Below are positions 19,199 through 28,970 of a stretch of DNA of 41,749 nt, piece by piece. The notes beneath the pieces were generated by a model. The model saw only the letters and a program-made list of their open reading frames with translations. It was not told the DNA's origin and ran no database searches. The position numbers were made by a program, and so were the translations under genes. The DNA comes from Cyanobacteria bacterium P01_D01_bin.156. GTDB lineage: Bacteria; Cyanobacteriota; Cyanobacteriia; Phormidesmidales; Phormidesmidaceae. The stretch is from positions 1 to 41,749 of the forward strand of contig JBCCQQ010000056.1 of the NCBI GenBank assembly GCA_039024555.1, read 5' to 3'. The number at the start of each line of letters is the position of its first letter. Positions within the stretch are counted from its first letter, which is position 1.

Positions 19199-20233
19199 AT
19201 GGTGAGAGAAGGGCTACAAACGATTACAAATCGCTATTTTGGGGGGCGACGGGTATCGCCCCAGGCGCTTAAATATATGCGCGATAGTCTGATGGATGAT
19301 TCGGAACTGAGCCGCGACTATGTGGTGATGACCATCGGGGCCTGCATCATCGCCACCCTAGGTTTACTGTCCAACAGTGCAGCGGTAATTATCGGGGCCA
19401 TGCTAGTTGCCCCACTGATGTTACCGATTCGGGGCGTGGCTTTTGGTCTGTTGGAAGGGGATCTGGAACTGATTAAGGAAGGGGCTAAGGCACTTGGGTT
19501 AGGCACCCTGATTGCGATCGCACTTTCCACTGCCCTAGGACTGATGCTGGGTCTCTCGGAATATGGGACCGAGGTATGGGCGCGCTCCGAACCTACCCTG
19601 CTAGATTTGGGCATTGCCATTACCGCTGGCGGTATCAGCGGATTTGCCAAGGTGCAGCCAAAGCTATCGAACACTATATCGGGAACTGCGATCGCAGTCG
19701 CCCTCATGCCACCGGTCTGTGTCATTGGCCTAGGGCTGGCCCAGGCAAAATTACCCCTGAGCTTGGGTGCCACACTGCTGTATTTGACCAACCTGATCGG
19801 CATTACCCTGTCGTGCATGTTGGCTTTTTGGCTAACCGGCTATGCCCCATTTCAAAAAGCCCGCAAGTCCTTAAACTTTGTCTTATTAATGACAGCGGCC
19901 TTGATTGTGCCCTTGGCCATTAGTTTAGTCGAACTGGTACGCCAGAACCGAGCTGAAGATAGCGTACGAGATGCTCTAGTCAACGGCACCGTCACCTTCA
20001 CCCGACTAGAGCTCATCGATAGTGATATCAACTGGCTGGCCAGCCCACCAGAAGTACGGCTCACAGTTTATAGTGTCGAACCTGTTACGCCTACTCAGGT
20101 TGGCTTGCTCGAAGAATATGTAACACGGCGAATGAATCGCCCGTTTAGGCTAATTTTTGAAGTCAGCGAAGTAAAAGAAGTTACCCGAGAAGAGGTACAG
20201 CCCGCCAGCGTCGAACCCATCAGCGAGGAGTAG
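19199..20233 (+). CDS. DUF389 / TIGR00341-family membrane protein
   Basis: IATLGLL.NSAAVIIGAMLVAPLM.PI, R..PTLLDL.IA and G.AIAVALMPP motifs. Confidence 0.9.
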   Translation: MVREGLQTITNRYFGGRRVSPQALKYMRDSLMDDSELSRDYVVMTIGACIIATLGLLSNSAAVIIGAMLVAPLMLPIRGVAFGLLEGDLELIKEGAKALGLGTLIAIALSTALGLMLGLSEYGTEVWARSEPTLLDLGIAITAGGISGFAKVQPKLSNTISGTAIAVALMPPVCVIGLGLAQAKLPLSLGATLLYLTNLIGITLSCMLAFWLTGYAPFQKARKSLNFVLLMTAALIVPLAISLVELVRQNRAEDSVRDALVNGTVTFTRLELIDSDINWLASPPEVRLTVYSVEPVTPTQVGLLEEYVTRRMNRPFRLIFEVSEVKEVTREEVQPASVEPISEE

Positions 20234-20298
20234 GGACACCGTGGAGGCATCCCTACTCTGATAACGAGGTTTTATAAAGGAGTTTGAAAGCTATCCAG

Positions 20299-20366
20299 GC
20301 CCCCTTCCGTCCCCCAATCCTGGGGAAACTATACTCAAGGACCCCAATTTTGGGGGTTTTGGGGGC
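20299..20366. repeat. Inverted pair of short dispersed cyanobacterial repeat units (approximate consensus TCAAAGTCCCCCAGAATTGGGGGATTTAGGGGGC)
   Basis: GCCCCCTTCCGTCCCCCAATCCTGGGGAAACT...TCAAGGACCCCAATTTTGGGGGTTTTGGGGGC. A further degenerate copy sits at about 20431-20460. Confidence 0.65.
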
Positions 20367-20501
20367 ATGAACAACTTTTAGCTTCTTTGACGATGACTTG
20401 ATCGTAGAAATTTCTTTGGTAAACGAATAATCCCTCCCAGCATTAGGAAATTTAGGGGCCTAGATACCTGATAGATTCTCTATCGGCAATGTCCTCGAAC
20501 C

Positions 20502-21509
<1,008 letters not shown>

Positions 21510-21657
21510 TTAGGATCTCATACGGTTGAGCCATTACCGTTATCTGAAATAAACCTTAAGCAATGTAGGGCAACATTGTGAACTGTAGGGATCGGTAAAG
21601 GGATATTAAGGGTACACCTGCGTCTGCAAAATCTTAGCCCCACCCTCTCACCAGAAT

Positions 21658-21951
21658 CTAACTTTTGGGAGCCCGACCAACCTTACCGCCTGCTCCACCT
21701 TTGAGTCCCCAGGATGGGGTTGATCCCTTGCCTTGGGTCTTGCAAAATGAGCCTTGGAATCGGGAGGGATCGCCAAAGGCAAGCTGAGGTTGTTCGATCC
21801 TGGTTTCGTTGGGTTCTTGAACAAAGCCGAGGGCCTGCAATGCTTTGGATGTCCAGGGTTTACCCATAAACATAAACATACCGGGAGAGTTGGAAACAGT
21901 GAGATAGAGATGGCATCGGCGTTTGGTGTGCCAAAAACGTTGTTGTTTCAT
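21658..21951 (-). CDS. Possible small basic hypothetical protein (97 aa)
   Basis: ATG at 21951 (MKQQRFWHTKRRCH...), open to 21658. No recognisable motif. Confidence 0.35.
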   Translation of the reverse strand: MKQQRFWHTKRRCHLYLTVSNSPGMFMFMGKPWTSKALQALGFVQEPNETRIEQPQLAFGDPSRFQGSFCKTQGKGSTPSWGLKGGAGGKVGRAPKS

Positions 21952-22171
21952 GACAGTTCGCGGGATGTGTAAGAGAACAGAAAGCTTACAGGGGCTGGCT
22001 GCGGATTTACCCTGTCTTGACCGCAAGTTAGTACACAGCGCTAGCTATTGCTTACCCAGATAAGGGCCAGCAATCAACAATAGACAAATTTTTCTTGATG
22101 AATTAGGTAAGTAGACTGAACCATATTCTAGATATGGAGACTTCCAACCATTCCCAAAGATTGGGGGAAGC

Positions 22172-22375
22172 TAAGGGAAGTGCGTGAAAATAAGACACCT
22201 TAATAAGGCTTGGCGATACCTGGTTCCCCTTGGCAAGAGGAACCGTTAGGGAGGGGTCTGGAAAACTAGCGCAAATGGTCGAAGACCCCTCCGCCTAAGG
22301 CACCTCCCCTTGTTAAGGGAAGGACGTTGCTTAATAAAATCCTGCTTGGAATTTTATTTTTGTGCAATCGCCTAA
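22172..22375. mobile_element. MITE-like non-autonomous element with degenerate terminal inverted repeats and nested internal hairpins
   Basis: Flanked by direct CTAAGG (22171-22176 and 22372-22377; TAA as a possible TSD). The ends GGGAAGTGCGTGAAAATAA and the reverse complement GGCGATTGCACAAAAATAA are similar. An internal perfect 10-bp IR (GGAGGGGTCT/AGACCCCTCC) and two CCCTT..AAG(A/G)G hairpins are present. Confidence 0.55.
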
Positions 22376-22409
22376 GGACATTTCTGGAGAAGAAGCTACC
22401 CGATATCCA

Positions 22410-22545
22410 GCCCCCTAAATCAAACAATTCTGGGGGACTTTAAGTCTTCCTCTATCCAATTTGTGGGTAGAAGCATATTCAACCGGTATCGTCTTTTCTA
22501 GAAAATATCTAAACTTAAAACCCGAGAATTAGGAGATTTAGGGGA
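22410..22545. repeat. Two further copies of the dispersed repeat (minus copy 22410-22443, plus copy 22515-22545)
   Basis: GCCCCCTAAATCAAACAATTCTGGGGGACTTTAA and TTAAAACCCGAGAATTAGGAGATTTAGGGGA. Confidence 0.65.
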
Positions 22546-23306
22546 GATACGAAGAAATTAAGTGGTCGGCTTACGCTTTAAAGACAATTAGGCTCATTTA
22601 CTGACACTAACAGGCGAAAGCACTCAATAGTGTTTTCAATGGGCTGTGGCTTGTCGAGAACAGAAAGTGAGTCAAGCTACGGAATCCATTAAACCTGACG
22701 TTTAAGTTGACCACAATCATGGATGGTGACTATGGAAGAGAGATAAAGCTATTTGATATAGCCCCTGATAAGACTTTCTGTTTGTTCTACTATTCGGACA
22801 GCTACGAATTTACCCGGATATTATTTCAAGTATTTTACAAAGCACTAAAGCCTTGTTTTAGGAGGGTTTGAATGGCGATTCAAAAAGGTGAACTGTTTTT
22901 TTAGATGTAATTAGGGTCTTTTGGCGTAGAGACGCAGGTAGTTTTGCTCAGAGGATTAATTGTACGAGTTGGCAAATAAGGTAAGTCAATCTGCAGCTTG
23001 GTTCGGTTCAATCATAGAGAAGAAATGCACAGTGCCTGCCGCACAGTTGCATCATCTCCACAGCTGATGTGGATGCCATAAGAGACAAACACAGAATGAA
23101 TAGTAACTCTCTTTTCGTACTCAATATCTATCCCAACTCATATCTATGAGAATGATTCTTGCCTTGATGAAATTGATTAAGGATGCAGAGCTAATCCTGT
23201 TAGTTAACAAAATTTGACTGATGTTTAAAAGATTGAGTGTCTAATTACATCTTTATAAGCTGTATGGATATACTACTGGTGTAGGAATTCTAGCTCTACG
23301 TAGTTC

Positions 23307-24548
23307 ATGAGTGTCAATATCTTTTTTTCGTATGCCCGCAAAGATAAAGACCTTAGAGATGAACTTGCAAAACATTTAAAGATTCTTGAGCGTCAGGACA
23401 TCATTGAAACGTGGCACGACCAGGATATTGATGCTGGGGCAGAACGTTCTGCTGAAATTGATAAGCAATTAGATTCGGCCGATATTATTTTGCTCCTTAT
23501 CAGCTCTGATTTTGTAGCTTCAGACTACTGCTATGACGTAGAACTTAAACGTGCTCTTGAAAGGAATGACAAGGGCGAAGCTAAAGTAATTCCAGTGATT
23601 GTGCGTCCGATTGATTTAGAAGGCACTCCTTTCAGCAAGCTGCAATCTTTACCACAGGACGCGAAACCCATTACTGAATGGGAAAATCGAGATAAGGCTT
23701 TTCTCAATATTGTTCAGGGTATCCGTCGTAGCATAGAGGACCTTGCTAATTTTCAGCAGCAAAAGCAAGTACGCCTCTACGGTTCCTTACTGAAGTTGGG
23801 CTATCGGCAGCAGTCCAGACTTTTTCGGCGAGCCATAGATTCTGAATCAGTGGCTGGCTTTTTAATTCATGGTTTGCCTGAATATGGTCAACGCTGGCTC
23901 TTAAATAGATTGGTCGTGCAATATCTACCAGAGCATTTGAATAGCAAAGTCGTCAAAGTTAACCTAGGCCGATTGGCTAGGCAAACCAATGTAGCTGCAC
24001 TCTGGCGGGAATTGGGTGGGCGAGTAAAAAAAAATCGAGGGCATAAGCTGACACCACCTGAAATTGCAGATGGTGTTTACCGCTGGTGGCTGACTCAGGA
24101 TGTGATTTTGGTATTTCATGATGTCCAAGCACTACCTGAGTCAGCCGCACAAGAAATGATTGAGCAGTTTTGGAAACCTTTGACTAAGAGAGTTCAGGAA
24201 GCATCTGACGGTGAAAGTGCATGCAAATTGCTGATGTTTTTAGTGGACTACGTAGGCAAATCAGAGCAATGGAAATTGCCCTTTGTCGAGAAATTAGACG
24301 CTGGATGGAAACCACAAAAGCCTATTAAGACGCCGAAAATTCAGGAATTTACTGATAAAGATTTAATGGATTGGCTGGATGACCAATTTCGCGACTTACC
24401 TTCGGATTTGACCCAGGGTATTGATGATAAGGTTGAGGAAATCTTGGAAAGTAGTGAGGGGGGGATTCCTGAGCTTGCTCTGCGTGAAATTTGTGACCAA
24501 TGTGGACTTGATTGGTATGAGGAGTTGGATAAGTGGTTACGGCTTTAG
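23307..24548 (+). CDS. TIR domain plus inactive STAND (iSTAND-like) protein
   Basis: N-terminal TIR (IFFSYARKD...WHD.DI.AG...SDYCYDVEL with the conserved Glu). The C-terminal P-loop-like region has a degenerate Walker A (FLIHGLPEYGQRWLLNRL, Gln for Lys) and Walker B-like VILVFHDV. Confidence 0.8.
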   Translation: MSVNIFFSYARKDKDLRDELAKHLKILERQDIIETWHDQDIDAGAERSAEIDKQLDSADIILLLISSDFVASDYCYDVELKRALERNDKGEAKVIPVIVRPIDLEGTPFSKLQSLPQDAKPITEWENRDKAFLNIVQGIRRSIEDLANFQQQKQVRLYGSLLKLGYRQQSRLFRRAIDSESVAGFLIHGLPEYGQRWLLNRLVVQYLPEHLNSKVVKVNLGRLARQTNVAALWRELGGRVKKNRGHKLTPPEIADGVYRWWLTQDVILVFHDVQALPESAAQEMIEQFWKPLTKRVQEASDGESACKLLMFLVDYVGKSEQWKLPFVEKLDAGWKPQKPIKTPKIQEFTDKDLMDWLDDQFRDLPSDLTQGIDDKVEEILESSEGGIPELALREICDQCGLDWYEELDKWLRL

Positions 24549-25468
24549 ATTCAGAACTGACGTATACCGGCAAAAAGCAGCCTAAGCCTGGAGAACGTGA
24601 CCCTAAAACTCACCGTCCTTTAACACCCTATCTGCCTAGCGAAGAGCTAGTTGAGGTTGTAAACCTTGCTATTTATTTAGAGCGTCCGCTTTTATTAAAA
24701 GGGGAACCAGGTTGTGGCAAAACTCGTTTGGCCAGAGCAGTTGCTTATGAGCTAGGTCTACCCTTTGAAGCTTGGTATGTTAAATCAACCAGCCAAGCTC
24801 AAGATGGGCTTTACAGATATGATACTGTTGGTCGCTTAAGAGATGCTCAGCTCGCTGCAAATCAGCTCATAAAACCTGAAGAGCTATCGCGTATTAGCGA
24901 CCCAATGACTTACATTAAGTGGGGACCGCTAGGAAAAGCGTTTCAATCTGAACAACGAGCTGTTGTATTGATTGATGAAATCGACAAAGCTGATATTGAT
25001 TTCCCAAATGATTTGCTACTAGAACTAGACGAGTTGCGCTTTGTAGTGGAAGAACTGGAACAGCAAGAAATAGCAGCTCGGTTTCCACCAATTGTTTTTA
25101 TCACCAGTAACGATGAGAAGGATTTGCCAGATGCCTTTCTACGTCGTTGTTTATTCCATTACGTTAAGTTTCCTGATCATGAGCAATTAGTCATGATTTT
25201 GCAGGGTATGTTTCCAAAAACGTCAATGAAACTCACTCAGAAAGCTGTAGATAGGTTTCTGGAACTACGACACGAAATGAGTAAAACACGAGGAGTTGCT
25301 ACCAAAAAGTCTAGTACCAGTGAGTTGATTGATTGGTTTCGAGTACTACAACGTTTTCCTGAGGATGAAGCTCTTTCGAAACTTAAAGGCCAATTACCTT
25401 TTGGTAGTGTCCTAGTCAAAAGTTGGGAAGACCATCAGCGATATCTTCAGCAAACTACGTCAAACTAA
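24533..25468 (+). CDS. MoxR-family AAA+ ATPase
   Basis: RPLLLKGEPGCGKT, Y.YD..GRLRD, VLIDEIDKAD.DFPNDLL and ITSN.EKDLPDAFLRRC. The GTG start overlaps the end of the upstream gene. Confidence 0.93.
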   Translation: MVTALDSELTYTGKKQPKPGERDPKTHRPLTPYLPSEELVEVVNLAIYLERPLLLKGEPGCGKTRLARAVAYELGLPFEAWYVKSTSQAQDGLYRYDTVGRLRDAQLAANQLIKPEELSRISDPMTYIKWGPLGKAFQSEQRAVVLIDEIDKADIDFPNDLLLELDELRFVVEELEQQEIAARFPPIVFITSNDEKDLPDAFLRRCLFHYVKFPDHEQLVMILQGMFPKTSMKLTQKAVDRFLELRHEMSKTRGVATKKSSTSELIDWFRVLQRFPEDEALSKLKGQLPFGSVLVKSWEDHQRYLQQTTSN

Positions 25469-25470
25469 CA

Positions 25471-26931
25471 ATGCAAGCTGAGGAATTACCACTATTTGAA
25501 CTCTATACCCGTTTACAAGAGGCAGGGCTACCACTTGGCTTAAATGAATATACACAACTTCTAAAAGCCCTACAGGGAGGCTTTGGCTTGCCCGACCGTC
25601 AAGCACTTTCACATTTATGTTGTACTTTATGGGTTAAAAATGAGGAAGAAGAACATATTTTTAACTATCATTTTGCTGAGGTCATAGGAGTTAAACCTAC
25701 TTCCTACAAAGATATTGCTGAAACAAGTGCGCAAAAATCAACTCTTTATCAAGAAATCACGTCTGCTCAAAACATTACAGTTCAAACAAATCGGAAACTA
25801 CTAATTGGGATATTTGTTTTGTTAGTAGTATTTCTAGCAACCTTAGGTGGATTGAAGTTTTTATCAGGCACCCCAGAAAACGAAAGCCCACCATCAGAGT
25901 CTCCTAATCCGACAGTACCAACAGAAATAGAAGGCGAATTTATCCCTGGCCAACCACTTCCTAATGCGCCTGAGGATCTTGAAATAGAGTCCATGGAACT
26001 TCCTAAGATACCAATTACATTTTTGAGTTCCTTAGTAGGTTTAATGTTGTTGAGTAGTACTGTTTCATGGTTTTTCATTCGTCAAATAACTGTTACGCAA
26101 ACTGTGCTCCCAACTGAAGATTTCGATGATTTTACAATTCAAGATTCTGTTTCAAAAACTGAGATTTTTACAGCAGGCAATGATGAAGTTCAGCTAGCTG
26201 AAACAATCCGAAAAACAAATAAAGAGAAGGCAAGTTTTTCTAAAGAGAAGGTAATAGGTCAAGATGAATATTTTCCATTAACCAGACGCCAGATGAAACA
26301 AGGTTGGCGATATCTTCGACAAAATAAACGTGAAGGACCGAAGACAGAATTCGATCTTGATGAGACAGTTAGTCAGATTGCTCGCCAGGGTTCATTTTTA
26401 AGACCTATCATGAAGTCAGCTCGCAGCAGTCGTACTGACCTAATACTTTTAATTGATCAAGATGGCTCTATGATTCCATTTCAGGCACTAGCCAAACGTT
26501 TGGTTGAGACTGCAACACGAGCAGGACGTTTAGGCAATGCTGACACCTACTATTTTCACAACTGTCCAACAAACCATCTGTATCATAACCCTACGATGCA
26601 AAATGCAGAACCTTTAATCAACTTTCTAAGCAGACGTTTATCACCCAAATCAATAATTGTTATTATGAGTGATGCAGGAGCTGCCAGAGGAGGATTGAGT
26701 ACTGCCCGCATAAAGAGAACTAAGGAGTTCATAGGGCAGATTAATCAGTATGCTCGCTACATTGTTTGGCTCAATCCTGTTCCTAGAAATCGTTGGGAAC
26801 TGACTACGGCTGGTGAACTTTCCAAGCTTGTTCCTATGTTTGAGATAAATCGAGCTGGGTTTCACGATGCAGTAGATGTACTGCGAGGTCGATGGAAGCC
26901 AAGTTTAGAAAATCTAAGAACTACGCTATGA
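25471..26931 (+). CDS. vWA-domain (CoxE-like) MoxR partner with an inserted two-TM segment
   Basis: ATG 2 bp after the MoxR stop. N-terminal helical LPLG..EY..L..AL..GFG...LW, two hydrophobic helices, MKQGWRYLR, MIDAS-like LLIDQDGSM.PF, SDAGAARG and WLNP.P..RW..TTA. Confidence 0.85.
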   Translation: MQAEELPLFELYTRLQEAGLPLGLNEYTQLLKALQGGFGLPDRQALSHLCCTLWVKNEEEEHIFNYHFAEVIGVKPTSYKDIAETSAQKSTLYQEITSAQNITVQTNRKLLIGIFVLLVVFLATLGGLKFLSGTPENESPPSESPNPTVPTEIEGEFIPGQPLPNAPEDLEIESMELPKIPITFLSSLVGLMLLSSTVSWFFIRQITVTQTVLPTEDFDDFTIQDSVSKTEIFTAGNDEVQLAETIRKTNKEKASFSKEKVIGQDEYFPLTRRQMKQGWRYLRQNKREGPKTEFDLDETVSQIARQGSFLRPIMKSARSSRTDLILLIDQDGSMIPFQALAKRLVETATRAGRLGNADTYYFHNCPTNHLYHNPTMQNAEPLINFLSRRLSPKSIIVIMSDAGAARGGLSTARIKRTKEFIGQINQYARYIVWLNPVPRNRWELTTAGELSKLVPMFEINRAGFHDAVDVLRGRWKPSLENLRTTL

Positions 26932-28934
26932 CCGGTACACTTACAAACCTCTTAGAAATAACCAGCAAAATCAATCTTCCTACAGTGGAAGCTTTTGTTA
27001 AACGCCATGGAGAAGCTCATTTCCTATTCGCTTGTCATGCAGCTTTGCCTTTAGGACTTACCCCTGAGCTTTTGTACAAGCTATGGGCTAATTTCCAAGT
27101 AGATTGTCGTGGCAAACAACTTGGCATTCCTTGGATCGCTACATCAGACTTATTGCTCTCTAATTTATGTGAGGAGGTTGGAGATGGACTATATGAAATG
27201 AACTCTTTAGTAAGAGAGGCGCTATTAGATTTTTTAGAGAATCATGAATGTCTTAACCTAAAACGTATTCAAGAATTAGCCGCGTTTATGGCTACGCATG
27301 TTCAATCACAGCTGAAGAGTGAGAATCTAGATATCCAAGATTTTGCTAAAGCGCAGAACTGGTTATCTATAGCCTATTTGCAACCTGAAAAAGCTGTAAA
27401 AGAATTGGCTGCTAACCTTGCAGACGCTTTCCAGGAAAAGTCAGATGACTTGTTGCGTATTGCCTCAATTGTAAGGGCATTGGAAAGACCCCTAATTAAC
27501 TATCCTGACTTGTTGACTTATGCCCGTGGGATGGAAAACTATGCGCAAGGAAACATTGAAGATGCCCAAAAAGAGTTTGATAAGATTCGACAATCGAATA
27601 ACTTGCATCATTCTTTGAATAAGGGGCTTCCTCTACCACATAGTTCCTCCCAAAAAGTTCAAATTGAGCAACGAAATAAACAGATAAACCTTCCCTTAAC
27701 AGCTCAAATACTAGCCTCAATTACATTGGGGAGTGTAATTAGTGGAAGCTTTTGGCTGCTTCAGATACAACGACCTATTGAAGCCGTTCTAACGGAACCA
27801 TCTATAATTGCATCAACAGATTTAGATGATTCGAGTAAAGTCACAACAGCAATTCATGAAGGGTTAACTACATCAGAGGCACCGTTTCTTGAAAATGCTG
27901 AAAAAATCTCGGCTCCTCCAAAACCTCAGATAGAGCCTCAAAACGAAGTCGTTAAGCAAGATAAACCTCTTAAAGAATCTCAAGATGAAGTTATCGACCA
28001 AGAAATACCTTCTGAAGAGCCTGATGAAATCACGACTTCTTCACAAACTCAAGTAGAGTCTCAGGATGGAGTTATTAACAGTGAAATATCTCTTCCGGAA
28101 TCTGATGATGAAGTTAATAACTCTCAACCCATATTAGAATCTCAAGATAGAGAATCTTCAGGAGAGACCTCAACGTTTACATCCACTCAGCTTTCCTCTA
28201 ATGATGTTGAGGGTAATCCGGGAATCAACAATGCAGATAACGATATTGACAACGGAGCATTACCATCTGATGAAACTGCTGAATCTGTTCCTTCTCAGAA
28301 CACGCAAAGTTTTGGGGATGATAATTCTTTTCCTAATGAATCTAGAGCTCCTAACCCTATTTCTGGTGGTTTCAGTTTAGTTGCTTTGACTAATTCGACA
28401 GGCGGTAACCTTGATGAAAATTTGCAAATCAGAATTCCTCGACATGATGATAGCAGTCCTTTATTTCTCATGCGTGAACTAAGTGCACGTTACCAATTAG
28501 ATGAGGTTCCATTCACTATCCAAGATAATTTTCATACCTATAGTTTGCCAACTCGTAGCTTGGTCCAACTTGGTGTTAATAACATTAACCAGTTACGACC
28601 ACTTGCATTTACCAATTCTCCCCAGCGCATAGCTGTACCAACCATCCTAGGACAAGCCTCCGATAGCTATCGTTTCATTTTCCATAGCAGTGCTCCTTCT
28701 AGATTTTTAGAGGTTTCCATCCGAAGTAATGATGACGGTAGAATTTATGTAACCGAGAGATCTCAAACACTCCAAACAGGGGAGTATATCTTCGTGTGGC
28801 CAGGAGTTAGATCTTTCCCTGCTGGTCGTTATACATTCTCCTATAAAGTCGAAGTCGAAATGGAGAGAAACAGCTCACCAATACGTATTGCTCGTAGCTT
28901 TATTTTTGAACATGATCCAAGCTTGCTTAGATAG
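26928..28934 (+). CDS. Membrane-anchored hypothetical protein: conserved helical N-terminal domain, TM, acidic repeat linker and C-terminal beta-rich (Ig/FlgD-like) domain
   Basis: ATGA overlap with the vWA stop. N-terminus FACHAALPL.LTP.LLY.LWANF...W.A..DLLLS.LC.EVG..LYEM, a TPR-like helix, TM ILASITLGSVISGSFWLL, ESQDEVI-type repeats and a C-terminal FVWPG...PAGRYTF. Confidence 0.75.
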   Translation: MTGTLTNLLEITSKINLPTVEAFVKRHGEAHFLFACHAALPLGLTPELLYKLWANFQVDCRGKQLGIPWIATSDLLLSNLCEEVGDGLYEMNSLVREALLDFLENHECLNLKRIQELAAFMATHVQSQLKSENLDIQDFAKAQNWLSIAYLQPEKAVKELAANLADAFQEKSDDLLRIASIVRALERPLINYPDLLTYARGMENYAQGNIEDAQKEFDKIRQSNNLHHSLNKGLPLPHSSSQKVQIEQRNKQINLPLTAQILASITLGSVISGSFWLLQIQRPIEAVLTEPSIIASTDLDDSSKVTTAIHEGLTTSEAPFLENAEKISAPPKPQIEPQNEVVKQDKPLKESQDEVIDQEIPSEEPDEITTSSQTQVESQDGVINSEISLPESDDEVNNSQPILESQDRESSGETSTFTSTQLSSNDVEGNPGINNADNDIDNGALPSDETAESVPSQNTQSFGDDNSFPNESRAPNPISGGFSLVALTNSTGGNLDENLQIRIPRHDDSSPLFLMRELSARYQLDEVPFTIQDNFHTYSLPTRSLVQLGVNNINQLRPLAFTNSPQRIAVPTILGQASDSYRFIFHSSAPSRFLEVSIRSNDDGRIYVTERSQTLQTGEYIFVWPGVRSFPAGRYTFSYKVEVEMERNSSPIRIARSFIFEHDPSLLR

Positions 28935-28970
28935 ATAAAAGCTAGACAGATGCTTCTTCCCAAGATACAA

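Noticed and set aside
19318..20064. ORFs of 166, 115 and 70 aa overlapping DUF389
   Set aside because: Shadow ORFs of a clear membrane-protein gene.
22719..22871. 50-codon ORF (MDGDYGREIK...) in the leader of the conflict operon
   Set aside because: It is short, has no recognisable motif and is within chance expectation.
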